DNA of 62,608 bases, the filler included, from Choristocarpus tenellus KU-1152 (Eukaryota; Protista; Phaeophyceae), in the NCBI GenBank assembly GCA_964200185.2. It is 9 parts of 9 records of this genome, joined end to end, with 100 filler letters (N's around TTAATTAATTAA, not from the genome) between each part and the next. Parts side by side here need not be neighbours in the genome. Positions count along the whole stretch, not along the records: positions 3,702 to 27,652 come from CAXNAD020000231.1; positions 27,753 to 33,069 come from CAXNAD020011179.1; positions 33,170 to 38,942 come from CAXNAD020009784.1; 6 more parts are not named here. One strand, given 5' to 3'. Made by a program: the position numbers and the translations under genes. Position 1 is the stretch's first letter, and the number at the start of each line of letters is the position of its first letter. Under the pieces are notes generated by a model. The model had not been told where the DNA came from and did no database searches. It was given only the letters and a program-made list of their open reading frames with translations. Shown piece by piece: positions 22,751 through 34,723 of the stretch.

Positions 22751-23499
22751 TTAGCCCTGTACTGTGCATGTATCCACCTGATACATTGTACTGTCGAGCT
22801 ACTGGTCACTGAGAGAAGTGGCATATTTTCTACAGTTACAAGCAGCAGATACACTTGCTCGAACTTCCCCATCAGCACTGCATGCATGTGAGGTGGGCCA
22901 TTGAAGGTTGACTATCGAATTTGAGGGAGCATCTATGCCTAGATCAGAGGTTGTTGTCACCATCAAGATGTGGAGGTGTTACACTAACACTGAGCTTCTA
23001 GGTCCACGCGCACTGCTCCATCATAAGGTTGTCACAAAAGTGGGACAATTGAGGGATCGCCTCTATACCTCACGCCTAGGTACGTTTTTTGTTGAATAAT
23101 GTTTTGTAGTTATAATCTCTGGTGCTTCTTCATTCCTGTGGGTACTGTGGTGGAGGGATGGAAGGTTGTTGATCTGGTGATTGGAAGCGGTGTAATCTGG
23201 GGGAGAGGAGGGTATCATTTTCTGACCTGAGAATCTCGGTTTCAATGTAAAAGGTTAGGTTGTTGGTCTGCATATCGCCTGAGTGAATAATACAATACTC
23301 CGAAGTAAGGAACATTCAGACTACACTCTTTTTCAACCTGCTGGGTTTTTTTTGTCTTTTACAAGCCTTTTTGAAAATTGTCCTCTTCAAGGTGTGTCAG
23401 CCCAGAAATGGCGGATTGCTTTGATGTAGAATTTTGCTAATATGGCGACCCATTTGGGGTTGGAAAAGTGTTACCTTAAAGGGGCCCCTGACTGGTTTT

Positions 23500-23830
23500 G
23501 TTCCTCACGTATTCATATTAGTGGCAAGCACAATGCATTGTACACCTGAACCATTGTCTGTACTACACCATGAAAACGCCCGACCAAGATCAAGGTGGGA
23601 ACTTCGGGGCGGGTCCAACAGAAGATTTGAGGGAGGAGACGAAGCAATGAGGGGTGGGAATGCTGAACCCAAAGTGCAAGAAGCAAGGAATGGAGGAAAT
23701 ACATCTTACAATTGGTTGTAGTTCAATGGTTAGTACTAGTAGGCCGTGTGGTAAGTATTCACAGTGGTGTGTACAGTGCCTCTGACCACAGGTCGGGATC
23801 ATTCCCAACTAATCAATGTTTGTAGTAGTG
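23500..23830 (-). mobile_element. Copia-like integrase remnant
   Basis: Minus strand DLWSEALYT..ILTTRPT resembles the copia integrase motif LWxEAxxTAxYLxNRxP. Confidence 0.35.
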
Positions 23831-23849
23831 AGTTGGTACAATTTTCCAA

Positions 23850-26400
23850 TTTTTAATTGCTCAAGAACGTGGGATTATTATGCAAAATGATAAATCTGAT
23901 AGTTTGAAACAGGCAATGGCAATAGTCAAAAGAGACACCTTCCCACCACAGCAAAGCAAGACTCGCAGGAAAACATCCGTGAAAGCAACTGTGCTTGGTT
24001 GACCTGCCATTCTGAGGTCTGACCTACACCATCGCCATTTCAAGGCTGCCCTCTGTTGCTCTGTATCCCCACAGTGCCCCTTGACCTGGCTACCTCATCT
24101 CCTTACTCCACACCTTGTCACTAAGGGCTTGGGACACCAACTCTTCTATTGCCTACTTGTGGTTCTTCCTTTTGTAACTGTGAAAGCATCACTTTTCCAC
24201 AGCCCTGCCATTTATATACTAATTGTTGATACACCTATAGCTGCCAACTTTGTTGCCACCCCAATTCTCCCTGAATGCAAGGGCATATTCCTCAGAGTCC
24301 ACACTCTACCCACACCGTACAATCATGACCTGGAGGGCACAGTGACCCTTGTGCGGGGTCATGACAGGAAATGTGTCCCCTTTTGCGTATATCATGAGTG
24401 ACAACTCTCAAGGGAGTTCTGGTTGTATGTCCATCAACTCAAGTAGTCTTACTTAGAACAGCTGCCCCTCCTTCACCCTCCACCTTGAATACCATCTCCC
24501 CTTCTCGCTTTGTCCTTGTTATCACATCCCCACTCTATTCTGGTGAACAATGAATCCCCCGAAAAGCATCTCCACACAGTGAGCCACGTTGTGTGCTGAA
24601 TCATATACCTACACACCTTCCTAAATCTCCTTGACACACACAGTAGTAGTCCTGGTGGACCTTGGTATCACCATATAGCCATGGTTCGACACGCAGCAGA
24701 GCAAATGGGAAGAGAGTGCTTGTCCCAACCTCATGGCCTTTCCCTTGTTAACCCACCCCCAATACATTCTACCTTGAGTAAGAGCATCGAAGACAGGGAT
24801 CTCCGTATTTAGGAGAGATTTCCTTTTTTTCCCATGAACAAACACTGCGCATCACGTAGGTAACTGCGTTGACAAGGACACGATTCATGCGAATTTTCCA
24901 TCCTGCTGCAGTTTGGTGAAAAGGATGTAAAGGTGTCAGTTTTGCCTTAGATTGTTTCAGCCTTGTTATCACGCACAAGAAAGCACAAGGTGATCAAACC
25001 AGTTAGTACACGTCCTGCGTTTTCATCGCCCTCACCTTCATTGAGCATGCTTCTTGTTTCATAATTTCATGGAGTCTAATCCACAATTTGAAGCTAGCGG
25101 TCTGGATAAGCTTTGAGAGTACTACGTCCAACTGATTGAAGACGAGTTGCCTTGCGAGGTCGTCGAACAAAACTCCAGGTCATCCTCCTAAAATTTCCTC
25201 TCCTGGAATGGGATATTGGGTGCCAGGTTTGCAAGGTGAGATGGTATTTCATCACGAGAACATCTACAATGCCCTCAGACAGAATATTCAATGATCCTTT
25301 AGCATGTAAGGCTCCAAAATATCATAGTTCAAGCCCCTCTAGAGCACGTAAGAAACGCATTAAGGCCCTCGATCATTTCTCTCTCCCCCTGCTGGATGCA
25401 TTGGTTCACCCAGGACGCGATGAAGTATTGCCACCTCGCGTAAGGACTGGCTTGCCTGCTGTGGACGGGATGTCACTTATTAAGTGGATCATCACCCATG
25501 CTTTTTCTCCCATATCCAAGAGCTCTATAGAGGTTCACCAATATCGCGTTTTGGTTCTCCCCCACTCTTTCTCGCACCAACTGGAGTGCAACTGATGGTG
25601 GTAAATCATATCTCCACAACGTCCCAACCTCCGCACAACCTCTGACTGGACCAAGCTTACATCTGACCAATAATGACGCTTAGCAGGGGACAACACATGG
25701 TGATAGAGTGGGGCACAGAACCAATTTTCTATCTCCAGTAACTTGAATTCAGTTGCCCCTCGCCACCATGTATTATCGATGGTGTGAAAGTTACAATTTA
25801 ATTAACTCTTGCATTGCCCCTCTTTTTTGGTGTGCAACCGAATTAGGCAGAACAGGTGCATGTTTGATACTTCCCAGATCTGAGGGGGTAGGTCAAGTTC
25901 CATAACTTACTGGCAATTACATTACTTCACAGACTCGAGCGTACTGCCTCCCTATAGGTCAAAGGTCAAGAGCAAAAGTAGCATCATGTAACCGTTTGCT
26001 TGTAGTTGACATTATTTTCTGAGTGTCGAGGCCTCAACCCAAACACTGACCACTGTATCCCAGTATGTCATATTATTGTTGATATAACAGACGGTAACCC
26101 TTCCTCCCTAGAGACATAAATTTGTACATGGTCTGATACTAACGAAGCTCACCGTCAAAAGTCGCCAGGCATCCAGGAAGAATAGTATCTCTCCAAAAAT
26201 CCCATCACCAACAAAAAAATTGGCATCAAGTCGATCATCTGGTCCCCCTCCCGCCTCTCCCATCATTGTTGCATATCGTCAAGAATCTACTCAGCCTGGC
26301 CGTCTCCCTATTGCTGTCGCGACACCCCCTCACGAGAGCACTGTCTTTGACTTCTGGAGAAAGGTTCAGACGTAGCGAATGTTTGTCACTGTAAGTATAT
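23850..26400 (-). mobile_element. Degenerate tyrosine-recombinase (DIRS/Ngaro-type) retrotransposon
   Basis: Minus-strand remnants: RNase H-like FLRALEGLEL..HAKGSLNILSEGI, followed by YR-like DNKAETI.GKLT..FHQ, LGQALSSHLLC.VS and KVH.DY. Many stops and frameshifts; boundaries are approximate. Confidence 0.55.
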
Positions 26401-27374
26401 TCTATCTTATCTACTATTAGTCCCTGTACCACCTCAGTGAATTTCTCCACCCAAACATTTGGTGGAAGCCTATCACCACGAAGTCATCAAAAGTATATCC
26501 AAAGGTTTGTGGTCCACTCCAATCAACACTTACTTGGCAAGATGTCCTTCACATTACAACTTGATATTATCATATAATATTCAGATCGATTCTTTTTTGG
26601 AGAAGGTGAAACTATGAAACACTCTAAAAATCGGTACATCCATTCGAACTTCAGTTACCCCCCAAATCGCCAAAATGGGCCTCTTCAAATGAGAATCATC
26701 AATTATTCTTATCTTCGGAAGTTCTTAAATTGCTACTGAAGGGGAAATGTTGATGCCCTAAATTGTCTGGACAACTCTCTTCATGACAATGTTTCGGTCC
26801 AAAGTACCACCCCAACAATTCCTCCACAATAATACTCTCTTATGATATAGTCCATTTTAGTGAATACCATGACGAAGGGTCTTGGTAATCAGCAACACCT
26901 ACTACTGGTACCCCAGTACTCACTGTTTGTAATAGCGCCATGACTTGGGGAAAATCCCTCTTTTCCCAAACTACGAAAGTATTATCAAGGTGGGATTCAT
27001 TCTTGGATTGCATAGCTCGACACCCAAAATATCTACCAATCTTTCAACAAAACCCTCCCGCATTATTAAAAAAAAGTCAGAAGCAGTATCAGTCAGACCA
27101 AGCAACCAATTTAGGACCCTCTCAATCTTTAGTCTCTCTTGTGCATAATAAACCAAAGGTGACATCGAGACTCTACAGACCTAGTGGTAAAGAGGGGTGG
27201 AGTGGTCAAACACATCTCGTTAGTGATTTTTATACCTTAAGTGCAAGGGTTTCTCTGCATCAGATCATTTTTCGTCATAGAATGGGTTGGGTTGGTTATG
27301 TTTGTTCACGTCATTCAATATCATTTTCTTGCTGTGTCATCCACAGTTATATCATCCACAGTTAGGTGTATTTT

Positions 27375-27652
27375 ATATATTATGCCCTCTAACATTTTGC
27401 AGATGTGTCAGGGGGAAAAACCAATGAAAACTATGCGTAATATGTCATTTTTAGACCTAAAGAAATAAAATATAATAAATGTCATAACACTATAAAAGAC
27501 TGTAAGTGTGAAAACCACCACTAATCTATCAGTTACTCCACCATTATCAATATTGTACTACTGTCTTCCTGTGCTTCCTATCTCTACCTTCTCCTGCGCC
27601 CCGGGGGAGGGAGCTAGGGAGGCACCCCAAGAATCCAACAAACCCCTCCATG
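27375..27652 (-). mobile_element. 3' end (UTR, stem-loop, tail) of a CRE-type non-LTR retrotransposon
   Basis: Homologous to 29430-29749 (opposite strand), 44920-45045 and 62539-62608. Confidence 0.7.
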
Positions 27653-27752
27653 NNNNNNNNNNNNNNNNNNNNNNNNNNNNNNNNNNNNNNNNNNNNTTAA
27701 TTAATTAANNNNNNNNNNNNNNNNNNNNNNNNNNNNNNNNNNNNNNNNNNNN

Positions 27753-27989
27753 TAGGGCCGCGTCCATTTGAGGGCCAAAATCCAATGCTGCAATTTCGAT
27801 GTATTTTCGGTTATTGTGTTTGCTAGGAAGTGTCAATACCCTTGTTCCGAACACACCTTTTCATAACGTATACATCTTACCTACTCTGAAACACTTCGGA
27901 GTAGGAAAATGTAATAAAAAAAACATGGGAAGCCAAGCCCCAAATGGACAAAAAGGGCAAAACTCGTACCCTCTAAGATACTTTCACTC
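27753..27989. mobile_element. MITE family A copy, left end in gap
   Basis: Right TIR TACCCTCTAAGATACTTTCACTC plus the shared interior. Confidence 0.85.
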
Positions 27990-28445
27990 AATCCCAAATG
28001 CAGACTTCTCCGACAAACAAGTGATCAACAAACAACGCTCTATCTGATTCAGATGATTGACTAGAGCAGGTTGCTGGGCTTTGACGCCTCCATATGCTCA
28101 AGGTGTGTATATTCGTCTTTCGCTTTCAATGCCTACATTTCACAGCACTGCATGGGAAGGATATGAAGATAACAGACGTAGGGATACTTTGGAAAACTTC
28201 AAAAACAAATACGTTAAGCTCATTACCCACTCCAACTGAACTCCACCTACATAGATGTGCATTGTGTGGTCCCGCACCATCAAAATACTACTGCAATTAC
28301 ATTTAGTCACCTTTTTGTCCTGGATATCTGCATTTCTCTCTATACCCTTAAACTAAGGGTGTATTAGAAAAACTAGAGCACAAATACAACACCACTCATA
28401 TAAAAAGGTATGAATAACGTATTATTATTGAAAACCACGAACTTA

Positions 28446-28703
28446 GAGTCAAAGTATCTTAGAGGGTAGAGTCACGTTCGTTTGGGGGCCAAAACCCAAT
28501 GTTGCGATTTTGATGTAGTTTTGGCTATCGTGTTTGTTAGGAAGTGTCAATACCCTTGTTCCGGACGCACCTTTTCATAATATATACATTTTACCTACTC
28601 CGAAATGTTTCGGAGTAGGAAAATGTCATAAAAATACAGTGGGAAGTCAAGTCCCAAATGGACAAACTGGGTAAAACTCGTACCCTCTAAGATACATTCA
28701 CTC
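28446..28703. mobile_element. MITE family A full copy, TSD TTA
   Basis: TIRs GAGTCAAAGTATCTTAGAGGGTA / TACCCTCTAAGATACATTCACTC, flanked by tta/tta. Internal 12-bp perfect palindrome at 28594-28619. Confidence 0.9.
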
Positions 28704-28853
28704 TTAGTCATCCTACACACTGGACAGACATAACCATAACTCCTGTCAATGAATTGCCTACCCACCTAGTCACCACTGGAACTTCTTCCCACTTAACAAC
28801 CCAATGTTTTTCCACGTTTTCCTACCAAGCTCACTCTTTCTTGCTTAGGACCA

Positions 28854-29042
28854 GGCTCAAAGTATCTGGGGTGTGTGTAGCGGCAGGCTATTTGGGGCCA
28901 ATTTTTTCATGTTACGATTATTGTAATATTTGGTTGCATACGCTAGACGGATATTGTAGGTAGGTGCACTTTTCCTGGTTATGGGCCAAATGGACACCCT
29001 GGTGTAGACATCCCCCCCCCCCCCGCCCAGATACTTTGGGTC
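28854..29042. mobile_element. MITE family B copy, TSD CCA
   Basis: GGCTCAAAGTATCTGGG ... CCCAGATACTTTGGGTC, flanked by cca/cca. Interior shared with 56702-56857. Confidence 0.8.
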
Positions 29043-29110
29043 CCAATCCTTCAACCCTTTACTTCTATTGTGCCTTTAGCCCCCCAGCGAAGACAATTGT
29101 GGTATACATA

Positions 29111-29749
29111 TTTTATTATTCTGCCCTCTGACATGTTGTAGTTGTGTATTATTTTATCGTGTTACATATATATTTATTATTGTTCCCTCTGGCATTTTCC
29201 AGATGATGTGTCAGGTGGAAAGTTTTGAGCGGCTCGGCGAGCAAGCGGAATGCTTCCTGGATAAGGTGGCTACTCACATGGCAGGGGGTCGAGGAGCGGG
29301 AGGATATAGGAAGAAAGGAGTAGTAAAATCCCGGATACGCCAATTTGTCTCCGTAACTATGCAAGTGGCACTGTCTAGACGTGTCATGCGTTTTAAACTG
29401 GAATCACCAGGGAGATGGGCACGGAGGGGGGTATTGGATTCTTGGGATAACTCCCTAGCTCCTTTCCCAGGGTACAGGTACAGGTAGATTGGAGACACAG
29501 GAAGCCAGTAGTACAAAATGGATGGTGAAGTAACAAATATATCAGTGTCTTTCACGTTTATGTCATTTTATTTCTTTAGGGCTTATGCTGATAATGTGTA
29601 TGGTGTATATATAGAAGCCTGTAGTACAACATAGATAATGGTGAGGTAACAAATAGACTAGCATCTTTCACATTTATGATATTTCATTTTATTTCCTTAG
29701 GGCTTATACTGAGAATGTGTATAGTTTTCATTGGTTTCCCCCCTGATAT
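29111..29749. mobile_element. Truncated, partly inverted CRE/SLACS-type (RLE) non-LTR retrotransposon
   Basis: The plus ORF remnant VESFERLGEQAECFLDKVA...RQFVSVTMQVALSRRV matches the C-terminus of RLE-domain CRE-type proteins. The 3' UTR has a ~120-bp tandem duplication. Terminal hairpin/tail pieces lie in the opposite orientation at 29111-29215. Confidence 0.65.
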
Positions 29750-29929
29750 GTATATATCAAAAGAGTACAGTATATCTACAATGGTGATACGTTATCAATC
29801 TATGAGCATGTAGTATCATTAGTTACAACATCTCATTGACAAAATCCATATATTGATGTACAAAGACACAAAAAGACAAACGCGCGAGGTATTTCCTTCT
29901 CTTCTCTGTATCTTCTCTAGACTTAGCCT

Positions 29930-30790
29930 TCTTCAGGAGGATCACCTTCTGCACTAAGGCCCTCAATCATCACAGTATGCACTGTAGTAAAAAAGAGGTT
30001 GAACGATAACGGGGCAAGGACACCCTTGGCAAAGACCTTGTTCAGTGGCGAACCATTCTCACCACTCTCCATCATCTATCTGCACATCGGCTAGCATTCT
30101 GACATTAGATTGATTGACGACTGAAATGATCGTAGCAGGCACGTCAAACTTGGCCAATAATAGAAGGAGGTCACGTTCAGCAGAACGATATGCCCTCTGC
30201 AGGTCAATAAAGCATACACATGTATAAGGGGGTGCTTTTACTTACTCAAGCTCTTTTAAGATGAGTGCCATAAATATTTTGTCAATGGAGGGTCGCAGAA
30301 GTCTGAATCTACATTGTTCCTCGGACCGTATACCCTCCTGTTCAACAAAGGTTCTCAGGGATTATAAAACAAGTTGGAGGAGTACTTTATCAGAATGTAC
30401 CACCAGCAAAGTAACCCTGTTAGTTCCCACCTTAGTAGCGCATTTTTTTTTCTGAAGAGTTTTTATGACCTCTTCTCTCCATCTCTGACATACAACCTCC
30501 AACTGTCTCACAGCAAGTATGATGAAGTGGAAGACCTTGAACAATAAAGGGATCTTCATCCAGTCCTGACTCTAGTAGTTCCACTTGAGGGTGATAATTT
30601 TCTGAGACATTCCTGTGTGTCAAATGGCACATGGTGCTCTTCACCTCCTGTATTGTAGGCTCATAAAGCACGTTGTGGGGTTGTAGTTTGAGGGAATTGG
30701 TGATGGTGGAGTCGAGCTTGACTGGTGTGGTATTGACCAAGGCCTGGAACCCCTTCGACGTCAGATCTCCTTTCATAGAAATCTGGTTGT
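29930..30790 (-). mobile_element. Degenerate LINE (RTE-like) reverse transcriptase fragment
   Basis: Minus-strand remnants EPTIQEVK, KVLLQLV, EEQC.F, CFIDLQRAY, LAKFDVP, WFATEQGLCQGVLAPLSFNLFF, with stops and frameshifts. Confidence 0.8.
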
Positions 30791-31740
30791 GATGTTGCTA
30801 TTCCACATAACAAGGTCAAGAGATTGAACACTTCTGTGACTAAACCACAAAAACACTGAACCAAGGTCAAGGTGGAAACTTGGGGGTAGATCCAGCAGGA
30901 AATTTAAGGGAGGAGACAGAGCGATGGCCGGAGGGATTGCTGACACCAACGCGTACGAAGCAACCGGGAACGGAGGGGGTGCAATTAGTCGTATTTTATA
31001 GTGGAACAGCATGTTGGAGATAAGTCGCATTTTGAATCTCCGACTCAACAGTTATATGGATATCGCGCGCAGTCATATGCATTATGCACACACAGACTTT
31101 ACCATTGTGACCAGTCAGGGTGATGCGGTGCGAGTCAGAAACGCAATCATATCTCCGTGACCTTGACATGAGTTGTGGAGTCAACCTGCGAATCTTGGGA
31201 TCATGTTATGTTCTAACTGAGCACAATCAAATCGCAGTCGGTTATTGAGAAGCATTATCCTCTCAGGGTATTGACCCTCCCCCACCGTGCCTGAACACTC
31301 CTCTCTCGCTTTTTTTCTGAACCTCATCTTTAGTGGTTCTCATCACTCCATCGCATATCTAAGTACTGTAGTACTACATAGTCTTACGTGTAACATGATG
31401 GTATGGATTCAATGTGAGGACAACCCAATATGTAATATAATGTGATAAGAAAATAGAAATAATAATATAAATAAATATTTGATACTATAAATATTCTACA
31501 CAATGTAGTATTAATTTTGTCTGTTGGGATTTTTTTTTGAACTTGGTGGTATGTAGGGGAAATGCGACAGGGGGCATAGACATAGGAGATAGGTCACAGG
31601 CTAATCCCACCCTAACAAAACGAAAGAGGAAGGAACGGTGGGTTCCTTCCCAGGAGTAAGGAATTGGACATCCGAAGAGTTGAGTGGAGTCCCTGAACCT
31701 ACGAGCAATAGGGCTGGGTCAACAGGAGACTCAACATACC

Positions 31741-33069
31741 ATGCCTCCTTCCATGGCAAGGTTTGTGGAGGACTTCGAATCTCGGGTAACAAAGCGGCGA
31801 CTGAGAGCGGTAGATGATCTTTCTGGGATTCTTCGCAAAGGGCTTCCTACAGATGAGTGGCAGAGTCTCATGGCGCCACTCGTAGGAACCCTTCGCGACA
31901 ACAACTTCAAAGTCTGTAGGGGTGCACTAGAGTGTGTGGAGCTATTAGTTGGGCACTTAGATGGAGCGATAGTCCCATTCCTGTCGGCATTAACGCCTGC
32001 AGTAGTGGAATGTTTGGGGAACGCGAAAATTTCCGTGCAGAGCAAAGGCGTGGACGTCCTTATCGCTGTCAGCAACCCTGCAGTAAACGGATCCAGCGAC
32101 ACTCTCTGCGCGCTTGAGCGTAGCTTTAGACACAAAAATTGGAGAGTGAGAGAGCAACTCGTTGTATATCTGGGTCGTGTGGTGGGTATAGATAGTGCGG
32201 GCTTGGCAAGCCGTCCCGCCCTGTCATCCTTGCTTGCTGACGCACTCAGTGACTCGTCGTCGGAGGTACGACAGCAGGCATTAGCAGCTGCTCAGCGAAT
32301 CCATGCGCTAATGGGCGACAAACTAATGGTGAGTCTCCCTGTCACTTGGGCCTGCACCAGTATCCGCAACCAATACCACGGTACGAAGTAAAACCTCCAT
32401 GTTTTCATCCTCAGACCTGATATGTGAAGGATCAGAGAACGGATTTCGTTGGATTTTCTTACTGTTCATGGTACCTAGACCTTTCCCTCTTTAATCTAAA
32501 ACTCGACACCTCTTTTTTACTCGTCACATTATCTGAACACACGTCAGCAAAAAAGATTTGCAGCTGCGAGGTAGTTGATATTAGACTGTTTTATCACAGT
32601 GGATGTAACACAGAGATGTAGACTACTGTGCATACTTTGTAGGGCCCCTCTCTTTTCGTTTCCTGTTTGACCTCGGTCCTTTGCATCTCTGTCCAAAATG
32701 TCAAGTTGGGGGATCTTACTTTTACAAATTATCCATGGTTTCAACAGTAGTACAATTTTTAGAAATACTTCGACCCTTATTGCTGTTTCATTTCCACCTC
32801 CCCTTTTGTTTTGTCCCTCACCCCTCTCGTACACTCTGCCTCCACACGACTGTAGACACAATTAGAAGGAAAGGGCGTGCGCCCTACACACCTCAATGCC
32901 CTCCAGGCATTAGTAGCAGCACCTGGAAAAGAGCACGTCCCTTCCAGTGGCATCTCATCATCCACAAGACCGAAGTCACCCGCATTTGTAGCAAGCAAGT
33001 CTCCCCCCTCTACTCACGCCCCACCTGGTGAAGCCTTACACCGCGGTAGGTCTGGTGCTGGGGGAGCGT
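31741..33069 (+). CDS. CLASP-like TOG/HEAT-repeat microtubule-associated protein, N-terminus, 3'-partial; exons 31741-32328 and 32856-33069 (runs into gap)
   Basis: TOG1 motifs LRDNNFKVCRGAL, VECLGNAK, HKNWRVREQ and LSDSSSEVRQQA. Phase-0 GTGAGT donor and TAG acceptor lead into an S/P-rich linker. A TOGARAM/crescerin identity is not excluded. Confidence 0.8.
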
Positions 33070-33179
33070 NNNNNNNNNNNNNNNNNNNNNNNNNNNNNNN
33101 NNNNNNNNNNNNNTTAATTAATTAANNNNNNNNNNNNNNNNNNNNNNNNNNNNNNNNNNNNNNNNNNNNGGGGGGGGGG

Positions 33180-33581
33180 GGGGGGGGGGGGGGACGCCGC
33201 ACCAGGTTGACCAGGGATTCTTCTCCTTCTGGCGTTGAGGATGGTTAATTGCCGTTGCTTTGCATGTATCCTATGACGTACAAAGTTGAGCCAGGTGTTG
33301 AGAGTTCGAGACTCAGCAAGGACATGCCACCTGGCATGAGCTGCAGCGAGACTATGGCGTTCATGCCGTAGTGCTGTGGCATGGGTGTGCCAGCGGCGAA
33401 GAGCATGACCCCCAAGCTTGACCTCAGCATGCCGCCTGGCCCTGATGGATGCCATTCCCTCATGAGCAAACTTCTTCCAGTGTGTAACGACTTTTTCTGC
33501 TAGGCGCTTGCGACGGAGGCGTTTACCACGCTGTAGATGTTGTTTGGATTGGTCTTGGTGCGGCTCTGGAAGGTTGTCCCC
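33180..33581 (-). CDS. Internal exon of an Sfi1-repeat-like (centrin-binding) protein
   Basis: CAG acceptor at 33584-33582. Basic helical ORF with recurring Trp motifs (KVVTHWKKF, HALRRWHTH, RTLNTWLNF) spaced about 30-33 aa apart. Confidence 0.5.
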
Positions 33582-34586
33582 CTGCGTGTGTATGTGTATG
33601 TGTATGTGCACAATTGCAGGGTGCATTTCGGGCTAATTTTGTGTTATCTGTATCTATCTGTATTAGTATTGTGGTTCACAAAGGATACCAATGGCATTGT
33701 GATGACTCTGTGTTGATGATTGTGGGTTATCACATGCTTATGGATCTGCTACCTATACAGGAAAAAAGAGGGAAAATATTTCAAAACAAGATGAGAAGGG
33801 AGCAATGCGTTGCTATAGAAGAGTGGGGTAGATTGAGCCAAGAAGTGTATTAGAAGCAACGTAGACTGGCGCAGGAAGCTGGTGCATTGCTTATAAAGGC
33901 AGGGCGCATAATGCTGGTTGCATAGTCCCACCAGGACAGTTGGGGCCGTCAAGGATCACAATTAGGTTTATGCCTAACTTCGAACAACAACATGATTCAA
34001 GAGTAGGCACAAGCACTAACCCATATAGAACACATATCATAGTGGTCTGGGTCAGGGGGAGGGGGGGTGAGAGTTATGGTCACAACCTAATGTTCGGATC
34101 AGGGTTGGGTTGTGAATATAAGGATGGTGATCAACAAGTGTAGGGATGGAGAGGGATGTCTGTAGGTTGGAAGTAGGGGGGCGAGAAATGGGGGTGGGAG
34201 GATCAAAGTTCATTCCTTGCCCTGGCAAAGGCACAATTGAGATAGAGAATAGTAAGCTGTGTGGGGACAGACGAGAGAAGGACGCATCATCGTGAACCTA
34301 AGCATGTCCTAAACAAGGTATTGTTGGTATGTGGTCCCCTCATTCAGGGAATACATGGGCAAGGGTATGCACAGCATCAGCGTCCTCATCTTTCGAGGAT
34401 CTTTTCGAGTGAGATAAGGCGCAAGTAACGGAACCACGCGGGTCGGTTTGAAAGAACGAGAAAAGTTAGGTGGATGCAACCCTCATGCCCAGCGATTTAT
34501 ACAGCGTCAAAGTTGTTGATGGTGAGGAAATTGAAAAGGTGCAATGAAACGGTCGCGGAGGCGCAAATGGAGAGGGGGGAGGGGGG

Positions 34587-34626
<40 letters not shown>

Positions 34627-34723
34627 GCAAAACGAGGGATGCTCACTCCAATTTGATTCAAATGAAAGACGCTGGGGCATCTCTTCGCGCACAAAGACGG
34701 CACTGACATAGAGGAAAATAGAA

